DNA of 64,000 bases from the IMG/VR virus record IMGVR_UViG_3300033182_000674, positions 124,001-188,000 of that record. One strand, given 5' to 3'. The notes below the pieces were generated by a model, which searched no databases, was not told where the DNA came from, and saw only the letters and a program-made list of their open reading frames with translations. Of the stretch, positions 41,101 to 49,700 are shown in pieces (positions within the stretch are counted from its first letter, which is position 1; each line of letters starts with the position of its first letter). The position numbers and the translations under genes are program-made.

Positions 41101-44100
41101 CACCGATCTGACCATCAGTTCTTGTAGTTAATGGAAGAACTGTTTTATTACCAGTTGGAACAATTATGCCATTATGTGAATCATCATCAGATGTAAATAC
41201 AAATGATGATACTGTTGAATCATATACAAATTGACCAGTTGCCTCACCATTTTTATAAAGATTACCATTGATATTAACGTTACCAGTAACATCTAAAATT
41301 ACTGGGAATCCATCAGCAGTCTCATCGCTTGGTGTAAAGGTACCAATACCAATTAGAGTACTACTATCAGGGAATAAAATAGTATTTTGAACATCAATTA
41401 CTTCTTGAGAATCTTTTGAATAACCATAAACTGTATCAAATGTATGTGGAAGTTTTCTATTTGCAACTGAGAATACAATGTTGTTACTAGCATTATCGCT
41501 TAAAGTAACATCATTACCAAGAACAATATTTTTACTTGCTCCAGCACCTTGATTTTTTGCATCAATATGCTGATAAATTTTAGTACCAATGAAGATATTA
41601 TTATCACCAGTAGGATATAAGTCTTCACCAATCGCAATAGACTTTTCGCCAGCAACAACATTATTGGTACCTAATCCAATAGAATGATCGCCGATATATT
41701 CATTAGGATTTTTAGTTAAATCAGTCTGACCAACTCTAAATACATTATATCTTGGATTATATAAGAAATGTGCATCATTAGTTTGTGGTGACCAGCTATT
41801 AACTTGATCAGAATCAAATATACTAGAATCAGGCTGACCAGGTAATCCACCATATGTACCATTAATGCCAAATGCATCCCCGACTTCCAACTTTTGCCAA
41901 GGATTACCTAAATTAATACCAATATTCTTATCAAGTGTATATTCAACATAAACACCATTATCAACAAATACATTACCAGATGATAAACCTTGTCCTGGAA
42001 TATTTCTAAGAAGATCACCTTCGTAATAGATATTACCTTTTACATATAAGTGACCTTCATAGTCAGGATATTCAACGTCAGAATCAGAACCAATACTAAC
42101 GTTACCACCCACAACTGTAATTTGACGTTCAGCATCAATGGTTCTATTAGTAGCACTTAAGTTATAACCATAATGGAATAAACCATCTACAGTTAAATTT
42201 TGACCAAATGCGTAAGAGTTATCGCCATTTACTGTAGAAGAAATACCAAGTATAAATGCGTTATTAGTTGTTGATAATGGAATATTATTATTTTGACCCA
42301 TTATAAATGATGGGTTACCATTTGCAATATTACCAATACCTAAAGCAACTGATCCACCACCACCAACGGTATTGTGTTTACCAATTGCAATCGATGCATC
42401 GCCTGTTGCTGAAATTGTATTTGAATCACCAATTGCAACACCAGCATTACCTTCAACTCTATTAGTAATACCAATACCAATTGCTCTTGTATCTGTTGCG
42501 ACGTTATCTTTACCTAAGGTAATAGAATAAGAACCGCCTGCATCATTATTAGTACCAATTGCAATTGCTGATATATCATTTTGATCTTTAATGGTGCTTC
42601 GTGTACCAATTGCAACTGAGTTAATTGCAGAAGCTTGTGCACTATCACCAATAGCGATTGTTGAAGTATTTGTTGCAAGAGTATTTCTACCCATCGCAAT
42701 AGAGTATTCACCAAAGTTACTAATATTCCAATCAGCACCTTTCCAAGAACCCGCTCTAAATGCAGTTAACTCTGGAATAAATGCAAATCTTGAAAGATCG
42801 CTGTCATCAGAATAACCAGGTAAACCTGATAAAGCAAAGATTGCTGGTGAAGTGAATGATGAAGGATTATGAACACCTGTAGCAGCAATAGAACCAGAAA
42901 GATGTAAATTGTATTTTGGATCATTTAGACCAAGACCAACTCTACCGCCAATACCATAAGGATTAGTTGCTAATGCAACTGGATCTGGAATAAAATATGC
43001 ATCATCATTATCAAGTTTAGTGAAGATACCGCCGCCAGTAAACTTAGCACCATTCTTATAAAGATCTCCAGCAAAATTAATATTACCGTCTTTTCTTACT
43101 TCAAATAATGGTTGTATGCTATCATATGATAATACTTCAAAGATTCTACTAGAATCTTCTGCTGACATTAGAACATCTGATAATATTCTATTAGTTTGTA
43201 CTGTTGATACAATTTTTTCACCAGTAATGTCTAATCCATAGAAATCATATACTGAAAAATCACCGGTATATCTTGGTTGTGGATTAAATTGACCAACCAC
43301 TTGATCAACTTGATAACCTAATTTTAAGTTGTCGGCTTCAACTGCACCAGTATTTTTATCTACATAAAAACGGTAATAGCCTGAATCGTATAATGGTTCC
43401 CAACCAATTTGTAAACCATTTTTAACTGATCCAAGAGAAGTTCTTGAAGCAAAGATAAAGTCTCTATTTGTTGTTACCGAATCGCCACCATATTGTGAAT
43501 ATAAGATACCACCATCTTCAGCACTTAATAACTCAAGATCTTGTGTTCTTACAAAACCACTATCAATAACAACATCACCACGTTGAACGTGGATATCGAT
43601 ATCAGTTAAACTTACTTCAGCACCATCATACTGTAAATTAGTATCAGTTGCAAATTGACCAGTACTATCAATAAAGATAATTGAATTTGAATCAGACGCA
43701 GTGCCAACCAATAACTTTTCGGTTCTAACTAAATTAAATGTACCTGAATCAACTAATAACGCATCAACACTAAATTTAGTATAATGACCCGAATCACCTT
43801 CTAGATATTTAATTATACCTGAATCAGCATAAACATATTTAAATACACCGCTATCAGCAGTAAGTTTTGTTTGTACTTCAAGATCACGATCAATAACAAA
43901 CTTATCATCTACTGCATAATATGTGAAATTAGCATTAGCACCATTGATAGTAATACCGGCGCCATCTGCTTCAAATGCATTTTGAGCAGAATCTGCAAGT
44001 ACAACATTTTTATCATTAATAGTTACGGTTGTAGAATTAACAATTGTTTCTACACCTTCAACTTGTAAATTACCAAGTATAATAACTTGACCAGATTCTG

Positions 44101-46021
44101 TACCAATTGCAGAAGGATCAATTACAATCGTTGAAGGACCATGTAAATTACCAGTAAAGACTGTGCCAATTGTTGCATAATCTGATTTTAATTGTTTAAC
44201 ATATGCCGAATCAATATCAGCATCTTCAGATTTTAAATATGTAATTTGAGCACTATCAATAAATGCATCATCGACATTTAAATTACTAATATTAGCTTGA
44301 TCAATATATGCTGAATCAACATCTGCTTGACTAACATTAATTTGATCAATATATGCCGAATCAATATCAGCTTGACTAATATTAGCTTGACCGATATAAG
44401 CTGAATCGATAATAACATTATTTAAATGACCAGAATCTAAATCAAGATGTTGAGTTCCTAAGAATCTAATATAAGCTGAATCAACTGTTAACTCATTAAC
44501 GGATAAAATATCAATATGAGCTGAATCTATATCTGCCTTAGATACATTTAAAATATCAATATACGCTGAATCAGCATCAATATCTCTTAAATTAACTTGA
44601 TCAAAAAATGCTGAATCTACATCTAAATCTCTTACATGTAATAAATCAACAAATGCTGAATCAACATTAAGATCTCTAACATCTAATTGTTTAATATGAG
44701 CTGAATCAATAATAGCATCTTGAACATGAATCTGATTAAAGAAAGCAGAATCACCATCTAATTGAGATACGTTTAATTGATCGATATAAGCACTATCAAT
44801 ATCAGCCTGAGATACATTTAATTGATCAATATATGCCGAATCAATATCAGCCTGAGATACATTTAATTGATCAATATATGCACTATCGATATCAGCTTGG
44901 TTGATATTAGCTTGACCAATGTATGCTGAATCAATAATAGCATCATCAATATGAGCTGAGTCAGCATCTAAGCTATTAATATTAGCTGTATCGATATAAG
45001 CAGAGTCAACGTCTAATTGTGATACATTAAATTGATCTGCATAACCAGAATCAATATCGATATCATTAACATTTAATTGATTAATAAATGCTGAGTCAAC
45101 ATCAAGATCATCAATATGAGCTGAGTCAACATCTAAGCTATTAATATTAACAATATCAAGATATGCAGAATCTACATCAAGATCTCTAACATTTAAATGA
45201 TCAATAAAGCCAGAATCAGCTTGTAGGAATGTAATATAACCAGAGTCTGCTCTTAAATAATGAATTAAAGCTGAATCAACTTCTAGTTGAGATATATAAG
45301 CAGAGTCAACTACTAACTCTCGTAATTTTAAATAATCGGTATTTCTACTATCACCAATTAATAAGAATTTTCTATTTTCTGTGACACCTGGTTCAGTATC
45401 TAAGCGCCAAGTATAATGTTCACCACCAATCTTTGCAACTTTAGTTGAATAACCTTCGTCATCAATATCGCCTAGACCAATATAAAGAACTTTATGTCTA
45501 AATTCTGTTGGAGGCGGACAAACACCAGTCCAGGTGAATGAAATTATATCACCATTAATACCAACATTTGTAATGTCAATAAGTAAATCATTGAAAGGAG
45601 ATTCGCCACCGAATTGACGACCGTCAATATGGATTTTTTCTCCAGCTCTCCAGTCTTGACCACTTAAAATTAATTCAACTTCGTAGCCAAGACCAGCACG
45701 AGTAATTTTAAATTCTTGACCATATCCATTTGTTGGTAAATCTTTAGTACCATCATTATATGGAATAGGAGTTTCTGTATAATTTTCAAAAGGATATTCA
45801 GTATTATAAACGGCAGTATAAGGTGAATTGCCATCGTCAATTCCTTGACCATATGCGCCAGCTTCACCATAGGTATATACGATCTCACCAGGACGAATTT
45901 TGGATGTTAAGACTAAGAGATTACCAAGACCGTCACTGTCGGCTGCGCCTGCTGAGTCCGTTTTAAAAATGAGTGGAGCTTGCTCGGTAGCCGATCGTTT
46001 TATTTTAATAATAGATGCCAT
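32138..46021 (-). CDS. 4627-aa giant tail fibre/adhesin
   Basis: N-terminal MASIIKIKRS, typical of marine phage fibre N-termini. Contains DS pentad repeats, YadA/Hep_Hag-like head blocks, FCCH-like modules, 9-aa repeats and Ig-like modules. The C-terminus has a gp34/gp9-10-like domain (VNLPVNPRFGDEVKIID...NNITV...GW). Confidence 0.82.
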   Translation of the reverse strand: MASIIKIKRSATEQAPLIFKTDSAGAADSDGLGNLLVLTSKIRPGEIVYTYGEAGAYGQGIDDGNSPYTAVYNTEYPFENYTETPIPYNDGTKDLPTNGYGQEFKITRAGLGYEVELILSGQDWRAGEKIHIDGRQFGGESPFNDLLIDITNVGINGDIISFTWTGVCPPPTEFRHKVLYIGLGDIDDEGYSTKVAKIGGEHYTWRLDTEPGVTENRKFLLIGDSRNTDYLKLRELVVDSAYISQLEVDSALIHYLRADSGYITFLQADSGFIDHLNVRDLDVDSAYLDIVNINSLDVDSAHIDDLDVDSAFINQLNVNDIDIDSGYADQFNVSQLDVDSAYIDTANINSLDADSAHIDDAIIDSAYIGQANINQADIDSAYIDQLNVSQADIDSAYIDQLNVSQADIDSAYIDQLNVSQLDGDSAFFNQIHVQDAIIDSAHIKQLDVRDLNVDSAFVDLLHVRDLDVDSAFFDQVNLRDIDADSAYIDILNVSKADIDSAHIDILSVNELTVDSAYIRFLGTQHLDLDSGHLNNVIIDSAYIGQANISQADIDSAYIDQINVSQADVDSAYIDQANISNLNVDDAFIDSAQITYLKSEDADIDSAYVKQLKSDYATIGTVFTGNLHGPSTIVIDPSAIGTESGQVIILGNLQVEGVETIVNSTTVTINDKNVVLADSAQNAFEADGAGITINGANANFTYYAVDDKFVIDRDLEVQTKLTADSGVFKYVYADSGIIKYLEGDSGHYTKFSVDALLVDSGTFNLVRTEKLLVGTASDSNSIIFIDSTGQFATDTNLQYDGAEVSLTDIDIHVQRGDVVIDSGFVRTQDLELLSAEDGGILYSQYGGDSVTTNRDFIFASRTSLGSVKNGLQIGWEPLYDSGYYRFYVDKNTGAVEADNLKLGYQVDQVVGQFNPQPRYTGDFSVYDFYGLDITGEKIVSTVQTNRILSDVLMSAEDSSRIFEVLSYDSIQPLFEVRKDGNINFAGDLYKNGAKFTGGGIFTKLDNDDAYFIPDPVALATNPYGIGGRVGLGLNDPKYNLHLSGSIAATGVHNPSSFTSPAIFALSGLPGYSDDSDLSRFAFIPELTAFRAGSWKGADWNISNFGEYSIAMGRNTLATNTSTIAIGDSAQASAINSVAIGTRSTIKDQNDISAIAIGTNNDAGGSYSITLGKDNVATDTRAIGIGITNRVEGNAGVAIGDSNTISATGDASIAIGKHNTVGGGGSVALGIGNIANGNPSFIMGQNNNIPLSTTNNAFILGISSTVNGDNSYAFGQNLTVDGLFHYGYNLSATNRTIDAERQITVVGGNVSIGSDSDVEYPDYEGHLYVKGNIYYEGDLLRNIPGQGLSSGNVFVDNGVYVEYTLDKNIGINLGNPWQKLEVGDAFGINGTYGGLPGQPDSSIFDSDQVNSWSPQTNDAHFLYNPRYNVFRVGQTDLTKNPNEYIGDHSIGLGTNNVVAGEKSIAIGEDLYPTGDNNIFIGTKIYQHIDAKNQGAGASKNIVLGNDVTLSDNASNNIVFSVANRKLPHTFDTVYGYSKDSQEVIDVQNTILFPDSSTLIGIGTFTPSDETADGFPVILDVTGNVNINGNLYKNGEATGQFVYDSTVSSFVFTSDDDSHNGIIVPTGNKTVLPLTTRTDGQIGVDLFIQTNLGELSLDSYIAHTLSGSLDAALNARVIGSTGPVEVTTISLTDPGVITTADPHGLVDGQYVKFNNIVGTTVLNGNWYFAKVITATTFEIYSNVNLTQSIDLTAAGAYQGPYGTAEGGPSPQSFTGTFDFIANIRESAGPVITMFTAGLFNRGDLIWIDEATGTTEPNQNQYYVEIGADSYDYLLYSDDQLTSRVNGSTWTYPYTGGGKASLLAAGNLGDPVPQASILTLQTIIDTILATADSAYIQARISSDEFWQRNQTGTSLFFNPQGAVPTSVGIGTSTPDLRYNLDVDGNANFGELYIDDMEFHGHLDSYIDSIFLSPIVDATYINDRVELNESALRDIIDSDYFSYFIDSNYIMERVHDSDHWQHNTVDSFGGHTVFMGVGPNQVDWKLGVGTAHAEERLHIIGKGKFEDGVVVGGDATFFESLIVADSNFTYNITFADSDIPYVAGKNPFVYDSDQIGNPSTGIVTIANQITAGDPWFYINFFLNPVEPTGKFIEWIRHDQNWTPITLQYGPDFYYDGTVNPPRLWFNEGSVSVTDKKWTITDRAFPNNKFIVSGPDDVTGGSLNYNLQFSQFTILDSTGATKTTLTSNDVNKVDTQTLEILNANSLINPNDKIYIGGKSQRIVNTVNIDGTLSVPATSTFTGEADFNDIVTFNNTVDFNDVVEFNNQLNVIDTNVNITDSGNLYLESGDIYFDGVPFQDRIEDIVDSDYIGERIATPWKYRNRDDSGNLDLYTETEGAVVVGTLDNLIDSSTRLLVDGGNTILKSTDFADSPGGMIPGVVPDYGEGSRFMWIGHRGALRAGWVDGVTTNWDDTEVEISSIALGYNATASAFSTAIGYEVGAGTSGAKYYSISIGSDILNAGDQSIALGHHITHSNTADQQISIGYNVSHGNTNNSVAIGYDVSAAELLAIGYEATSTSTGVSLGYDVTAGNNALSLGRIATSGNSSVSIGREATSHNTSVSLGRRVNSTNSSVSIGNDVTTSNSAIGVGASISAGSGSVVVGSGSTAGNSGVAIGKNNYASTGTTVIGTSSSAGQGSHAIGHDNNMSTYSHVIGWGNRDGYSSNIVGGGNRGNSYETVIGFNNTSNSRGGVLGWNNNNNSYGTVIGVNNDGNYQVRLVVGSDNHSNTYGATIFGVGNTSNRSITVFGRNNVGSSNINSVDNSSIYGNNSTISSSGFVYGKSNAISYGGFAFGDNLTIDHGGYAFGTNQTINNGGFAFGYDNTVDGAGGLTSYAYGAGNTVSGRGFAVGYDNTATTAQSVAIGHDNTTTGFKSTALGAYATASGNYAMAIGLGTGAAGYDVANDNTLAIVGGQVAINQAEAGANYVLDVNGNINSTDYYRQGKRLYNYILDDVTNRAWIRYNADSDYIHSAANFDYIHDLMYPQYFFGHDNYTNNLRYIGGGNVGIHVSQPQYDLDVGGDINFTGALYLSGDKIIPSIDSIGDVYVSHITNEYFIGPDSAEEYFDSAYVNQRVTPFDYEFFIDSAYVTARFDYSTVPSFTEVTDEITTAVDDVAFHYDPFGRISYASNTKSPFFGVRMGVGRPAPNFQGLDLQGRLQVNNGDIALNGGKIYIDGVLLEPETPFREDPSYVVYRLPQKNIAIGKTTAAYNVDVAGTINADSGIFINGLSLVEDIFTSDWVQGIADSAWIKSHADQEWIRLNADSDYIKTAADSDWIKFVADSDYIKTAANQEWIRFNADSDYIKTAADSDWIKFNADQEWIRYNADSSYILSAADSDYIKTAANQEWIRLNADSDYIKSAAGQDWIRQNADSNYILSAANLAWIRYNADSDYIHTAVDEPYIATIVDSGYVTDRVNKQTIRNLFSAGTGVIYTKATGQFKIGQAVSTTSNVQFNNITTSGNIIATDSGQTIGSLAKPFGELYLSGNSLYLDGTSIGLDNNSKVTIDGDEIITRPILITTVDSDYVSERVKASTVRGMFSSGGNGITYNQADGEFAIDSNAAVVINSLRTTNGLVVEGDLQVNGTTTTINSVNLLVDDNMIYLNHLESGNSPTIYVDLGFAGNYNDTGSYAHTGIFRDATDGRWKIFDGYTPEPDDDPQINTGHASFNFADLQVGTLYSDGLSRNSNVNPGTYGSASKIPVVTIDASGFIDSVGEVNVAGVTGVTYNDATGELSVSTADGNTFSDSITLQPFTTDNLTEGSNQYYTEARVTALVDSAYVQARQVDFFRDSAFITNIVDSAYVNQLADDFDYITVIDSAYVQARQVDFFRDSAFVTNIVDTVYIQARDRVRDSGFVQDIIDSDYIADRTPPSLTVQEVDSANGINKTISDVSLIKFDNYTGFQVSDLGNGEVKVALGSGFKTIQVDGQDDIVAIGEDTLAVDAGNGIILSTDAVTKALTIAVDSNFSGGVDSATVTSIIDSAYINARVDIDSNGDVTINNTTNNTYTTIKNITQVIGGEYVNYHYVATDGQRVFTGLDANNNSLNVTAGSIQVYLNGFNLLEGVDYTADSTSITLTDSASASDDLIVSALSNALSGTGGANVWDSGDTINVINTVVDTSYIDNRVTPFDYQNIIDAAYINNLVQGVDSAAVTSIIDSNYIQTRQADIFRDSAFVTNIVDTVYIQARDRVRDSSFITDIVDATYINNLVQGVDSAAIFALIDSDYIQSRQTDIFRDSAFVTNIVDTVYIQARDRVRDSGFVQDIVDSAYINSLVTIPEVGVDSNAIFSLIDSAYINARVDAVSGGAGTVDSAQVLQIVAENTTEAATNFNRIIATANNQTVFTGFTVNPNATLVYAGGILIVEGEDWSIDSAGTTVTLTTGLDLGDELYVVENVAGMFGGVADDTVIYSYDFTADSNQTVFNGTDDNGATLHYNPSNHMVYINGIFVAKGADYTIDSGDTITLTQAANNNDLVSIVNVTRANNGSWQEITATTYNANIGQKLIVDTTSAVTVNLPVNPRFGDEVKIIDGMGNAFTNNITVDPQGNKINGLSGNLVIDVNAAAVGLVYYNNTRGWILTE
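33050..34580 (-). repeat. DSAY/VQARQ-x-D-x-x-RDSAF stalk repeats in the 4627-aa gene
   Basis: Multiple near-identical copies of IDSAYVQARQVDFFRDSAFVTNIVDTVYIQARDRVRDSGF. The motif is shared with the 2565- and 837-aa genes. Confidence 0.85.
35690..36140 (-). repeat. 9-aa (27-bp) tandem repeats ADSDYIKTA / ADQEWIRxN
   Basis: Directly visible in both protein and DNA. Confidence 0.9.
37115..38610 (-). repeat. Long YadA/Hep_Hag-like head repeat block
   Basis: Dozens of S-x-A-I-G / x-x-F-G-x-x-N units with a period of about 13-14 aa. Confidence 0.75.
42090..42710 (-). repeat. Second YadA/Hep_Hag-like head repeat block
   Basis: SIAMGRNTLAT, TIAIGDSAQAS, SVAIG and GVAIGDSN units. Confidence 0.75.
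44180..45315 (-). repeat. Pentad-based 10/15-aa repeats (IDSAYIDQLNVSQAD), including 45-bp tandem DNA copies
   Basis: About 27 DS-containing units. Three near-identical 45-bp copies lie around 44760-44900. Confidence 0.9.
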
Positions 46022-46070
46022 TGAATAGAAATCCTACTAAAAAGTCATATAGAATATATTTTATTACTTA

Positions 46071-46078
46071 TATTTATA
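46071..46078 (-). promoter_or_regulatory. T4-type late promoter (4627-aa gene)
   Basis: Exact TATAAATA 50 nt upstream of the start. Confidence 0.85.
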
Positions 46079-46083
46079 TGCTT

Positions 46084-46317
46084 TTAGAAGCCTTCTCCAC
46101 CTTCAATGGTTTGATTTTCCAATAAATTTGATGTTTCCCATTTCTTTGTAGCAGGGTTGTATATTAATAAGTCGCCTAAATCTGGATCACCAAGTACATC
46201 TAAGAGTTTACCAACAGAGGTAAAGATTTCAATCTTAGTTGCAGATGGAACTGGAACACCAACAGTGATTTTTTTAATAATTGTTCTAGATGAAACTACT
46301 CTTATTGCGTCGGCCAT
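46084..46317 (-). CDS. Small fibre-associated protein
   Basis: ATG with RBS. The C-terminal LLDV...GDLLIYNPATKKWET resembles short fibre repeat modules. Confidence 0.6.
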   Translation of the reverse strand: MADAIRVVSSRTIIKKITVGVPVPSATKIEIFTSVGKLLDVLGDPDLGDLLIYNPATKKWETSNLLENQTIEGGEGF

Positions 46318-46328
46318 GACTTATCTCC

Positions 46329-46718
46329 TCATGTTACCGAAGGTGTAACTGTTAGTTTACCTTCTAGAATTCTTTCTACAATATCAGCATCAGTATCAGA
46401 ATCATAATAAGTAATTTCGACATCATAAACATAATTGGTTGGCTTCATTGCATCTGTTTGTTCATGTGTCAAAGTCAATGTAATGATATTATCTAAATTT
46501 TGATTATTAACTGTAGTAGCAGAAAAAAGAATTGCATCTGAATCTGGCGTGCTATAATTAAGTTTAATTTTACCATTAACATTATAATGAGGAATAATAT
46601 CACCACTATTAGAATCAAGCATATTAAATCTCTTACTACTTCCATCTGGATTATAGCATTCTAACTTAATGACAACGTCAGTTCCTTTATCAATTATAAG
46701 ATCTTCATATTGTGCCAT
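46329..46718 (-). CDS. Small Ig-like virion protein (BppU-N-like type common before fibre genes)
   Basis: MAQYEDLIIDKGTD, ITLTLTHEQTDAM and YVYDVEI...RILEGKLTVTPSVT motifs. Confidence 0.7.
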   Translation of the reverse strand: MAQYEDLIIDKGTDVVIKLECYNPDGSSKRFNMLDSNSGDIIPHYNVNGKIKLNYSTPDSDAILFSATTVNNQNLDNIITLTLTHEQTDAMKPTNYVYDVEITYYDSDTDADIVERILEGKLTVTPSVT

Positions 46719-46723
46719 TTTAA

Positions 46724-49700
46724 TTAAACCTCGTAAATTTGTTCTACATTATCTGCTGGGAAAGCTCTTTCATTTGCTCTACCAAATACTAATCTAACAA
46801 TACCAGCTCCGCCTGATGCATAGAAGCTTGATGTTTCTGGTTTTTCATTTAATCCAACAAATGAAATGTTACCACTAGAGTCTACAGCTGTTCCATCAAA
46901 TTGGCCAGAACCGCCACCACCAAAATTCTTAAATGATGGAATACCAGTCACACCATCTGTAGTTAATGTCGCATTACCAAAGTATGAAACTTGAGATGTA
47001 CCATCAGCACTTTGATTATTCTTAGTAATTGACGCCCACTCTGTATATGTATAGCCTGTTTCTTCAACGTTTTGTAAGCGATTATTAGTTGCAGAATATG
47101 TACCAAATGTATTAGATGGTTGAGCACCAGCGCTATCATCATTAACTAAGAAGTTATATTGAGCAGAATCAAATCTATATGTGGCATTAATAACTGGAGT
47201 AGCAGCCATTGATGTATTTGGATAAGATCCTCTAATCTCGCTTTCTAACATAGTAGTTGGTAACAAGCTAGTTAAACCACTGGTGCTTTGACCATAAATG
47301 TTAGTACCACCACCTTCTCTTGCACAAGGTCCTGGACCTACACCAAGATATAATGGTCCATATGGATTATCAACTAATGGATCTAACCAATCATTAAATC
47401 CAAGTTGTGTTAAAGAATTAGGTAAGCAACCAATCATATTAGGTAAGACGGCCGAATCAAAAGCATCAGCTGTTCCACCGCCACCACCGTTTTCATCCCA
47501 TCCACCAGCAGCACCACCAAAACCAGCTAAATGGTTTTCAGTAAATAACAACTGATTATTATAGTTACCTATAATCGGTTGAGATAAAGAACCAGGATTT
47601 CCATTAAGACCACCATAACTGCCAAATTTTTGCAAGTTAAATTTGTTTTCTAATGAAATGCCATCAATATTACCAAATGCTATTTCGCCACCAGCCATCG
47701 TTGCATCAGATACAGTTGGATATGAACTAGACTTTTTAACCCCACCACCGCCACCAGCGATTGCAACAATTTCACCATTAACAGATACCCAACTATTTGA
47801 TGGAGATAATTGTGCAGCACTAGAATTACCGCTTAATATAAAGTTTGAATCTCCATTCCAAACCATTGGTGGATGTTGAATACCAAAACAAGAATCAGCT
47901 GATAAACCAGTCGCAGGATCAAATTGATTACCAAGTATTTCAAATCTTGGCCATGTTAAATCAGCGCCGCTAAACTCTGAATCAATCATTTTAACAATTG
48001 GAGCTATACCAGCATAGAATCCAATCTTATCACCAGGTTGGACTGGAATAAAGTTAGCCCAAGCTAAACCTGCACCACCGCCGCCATATGCACCATTTGC
48101 ATGTGCGTTATATGCTGCAACATAATTACTCTTAGCGAGTTCAACATCTGGTAAATCTGTACTACTATGCAAACCAGGTAAGAACATAGAACCTGGTGCA
48201 CCATAACCACCAGCACCAATTGCTGCCAATGAAAGATAGTTACAACCATCAGGTACTGTTATTTCATTATAACCATTTAGACCAACATATTCAACTAATC
48301 CACTATTAAATGCACTCATAGGAATTGCTTGTGGTGTTGGATTTTCATTTACAAATTTAAAAATTGCACTATTACCAGCAGAATCAATACCTGAAGCAAT
48401 TATTTCTTTACCAGTTTTTTCTGTATATAAACCAGTAATTTCTTTAAGACCACTTTTAAATATTGACGCAGAATCATTTTGGAAAACTAAAGTATTAATA
48501 TTATATGGACTTAAAAGATTACCAACTTTAATTGTACCGTCTGAATCGTCACCAGCAAATAAAGCAACTGCGCCATCATTCATAAATGAGAATGTATTAG
48601 GAGTGAATCCCAAATTTAATTCTGTTTCGTATTGAACCAAAGCTAAAGCAATATTCCAAGGATCAATTATACTATATTGTGTTATAACACCGTCTACGGT
48701 AGAATCAGATGATGATCCAGGATTACTAAGAACATATAAACGTGATCCAGCTGTTTCGAATGAATCATATCCAAAGTTTATATCTTTAATTGTACCACGT
48801 GTAAGTGTATCAAATGGTTTATATGTTGATAGTCTATGTTCACTGAATTGATTATATCCTAAGATATTAGATACAGGTAAATCATATTCTAAAATTTCTG
48901 AACCAATAACATTACTATCAGCACCAGATGATTCTATGAAAACAGTATTAATTGCTGTGTATAATTTTCTACCGCCCGCACCTATCTTATGATTTTGGAA
49001 TTGATCATAATATAAATTACCATTAGTAACATCAATTCCATTAAATGTCATATTTTCCCATTTGGCTGCATCCTGTGACCAACACGCAGGACCAATTCTA
49101 ACACCACCTGCAAGTTCATTAAACGTGTTTTCAAGCGCGTCTGAAGTTATGTTTTGGTATAGCGTACCAGTACTAGCAGGAGGTATACTATAAACATAAC
49201 TACTCAAATATGGACCACCATAGTTTGTTGATAATGTAACTCCCGATGATCCATTCCAATATTGTTTATTAATAGTTCCAATATTAATAGTTCCTACAGT
49301 TGGTCTTTCTAATACATCAAAATAAATCCAACCAAACTTTCTTGTTTGATCCCATGATGTATCACTTGTTTGTGTACTTGGCGAATTTCTCCAGTCTGGA
49401 GGGAAAGCAAAATTAGTATCATTGACATCATATGTTTCTATTTCGCCAAAATAAATTGCGTATTCACTTCCTTCTTTAATGCAATGAACCCAAGCTTGAT
49501 TACTATACCAGTTTTGAAAATCTATTGACCCTTCATTTGGCAATGTGCCAGCAAGTAATAAAGTTTGATCCATGAAGAAATCATTATCACCACTTGAATC
49601 TATATCATATGCTAATAAATTTTTATATGCATTATCACCTTGATTATTATTTTGTCCTAGATTTAGTGTTAAAGTCCAGCTCGAGTTTCCACTTATATCA

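Noticed and set aside
33050-45315. CRISPR-like or DGR template/variable repeat arrays
   Set aside because: The repeats are in-frame coding repeats without unique spacers. There is no reverse transcriptase and no adenine-specific mismatch pair.
32138-46021. GANTC (CcrM/HinfI-type) site enrichment as the cause of the DS excess
   Set aside because: GAY-TCN does create GANTC, but many DS are encoded GAT-AGT or GAT-AGC, which do not. The bias is also frame- and protein-specific, so protein-level selection fits better.
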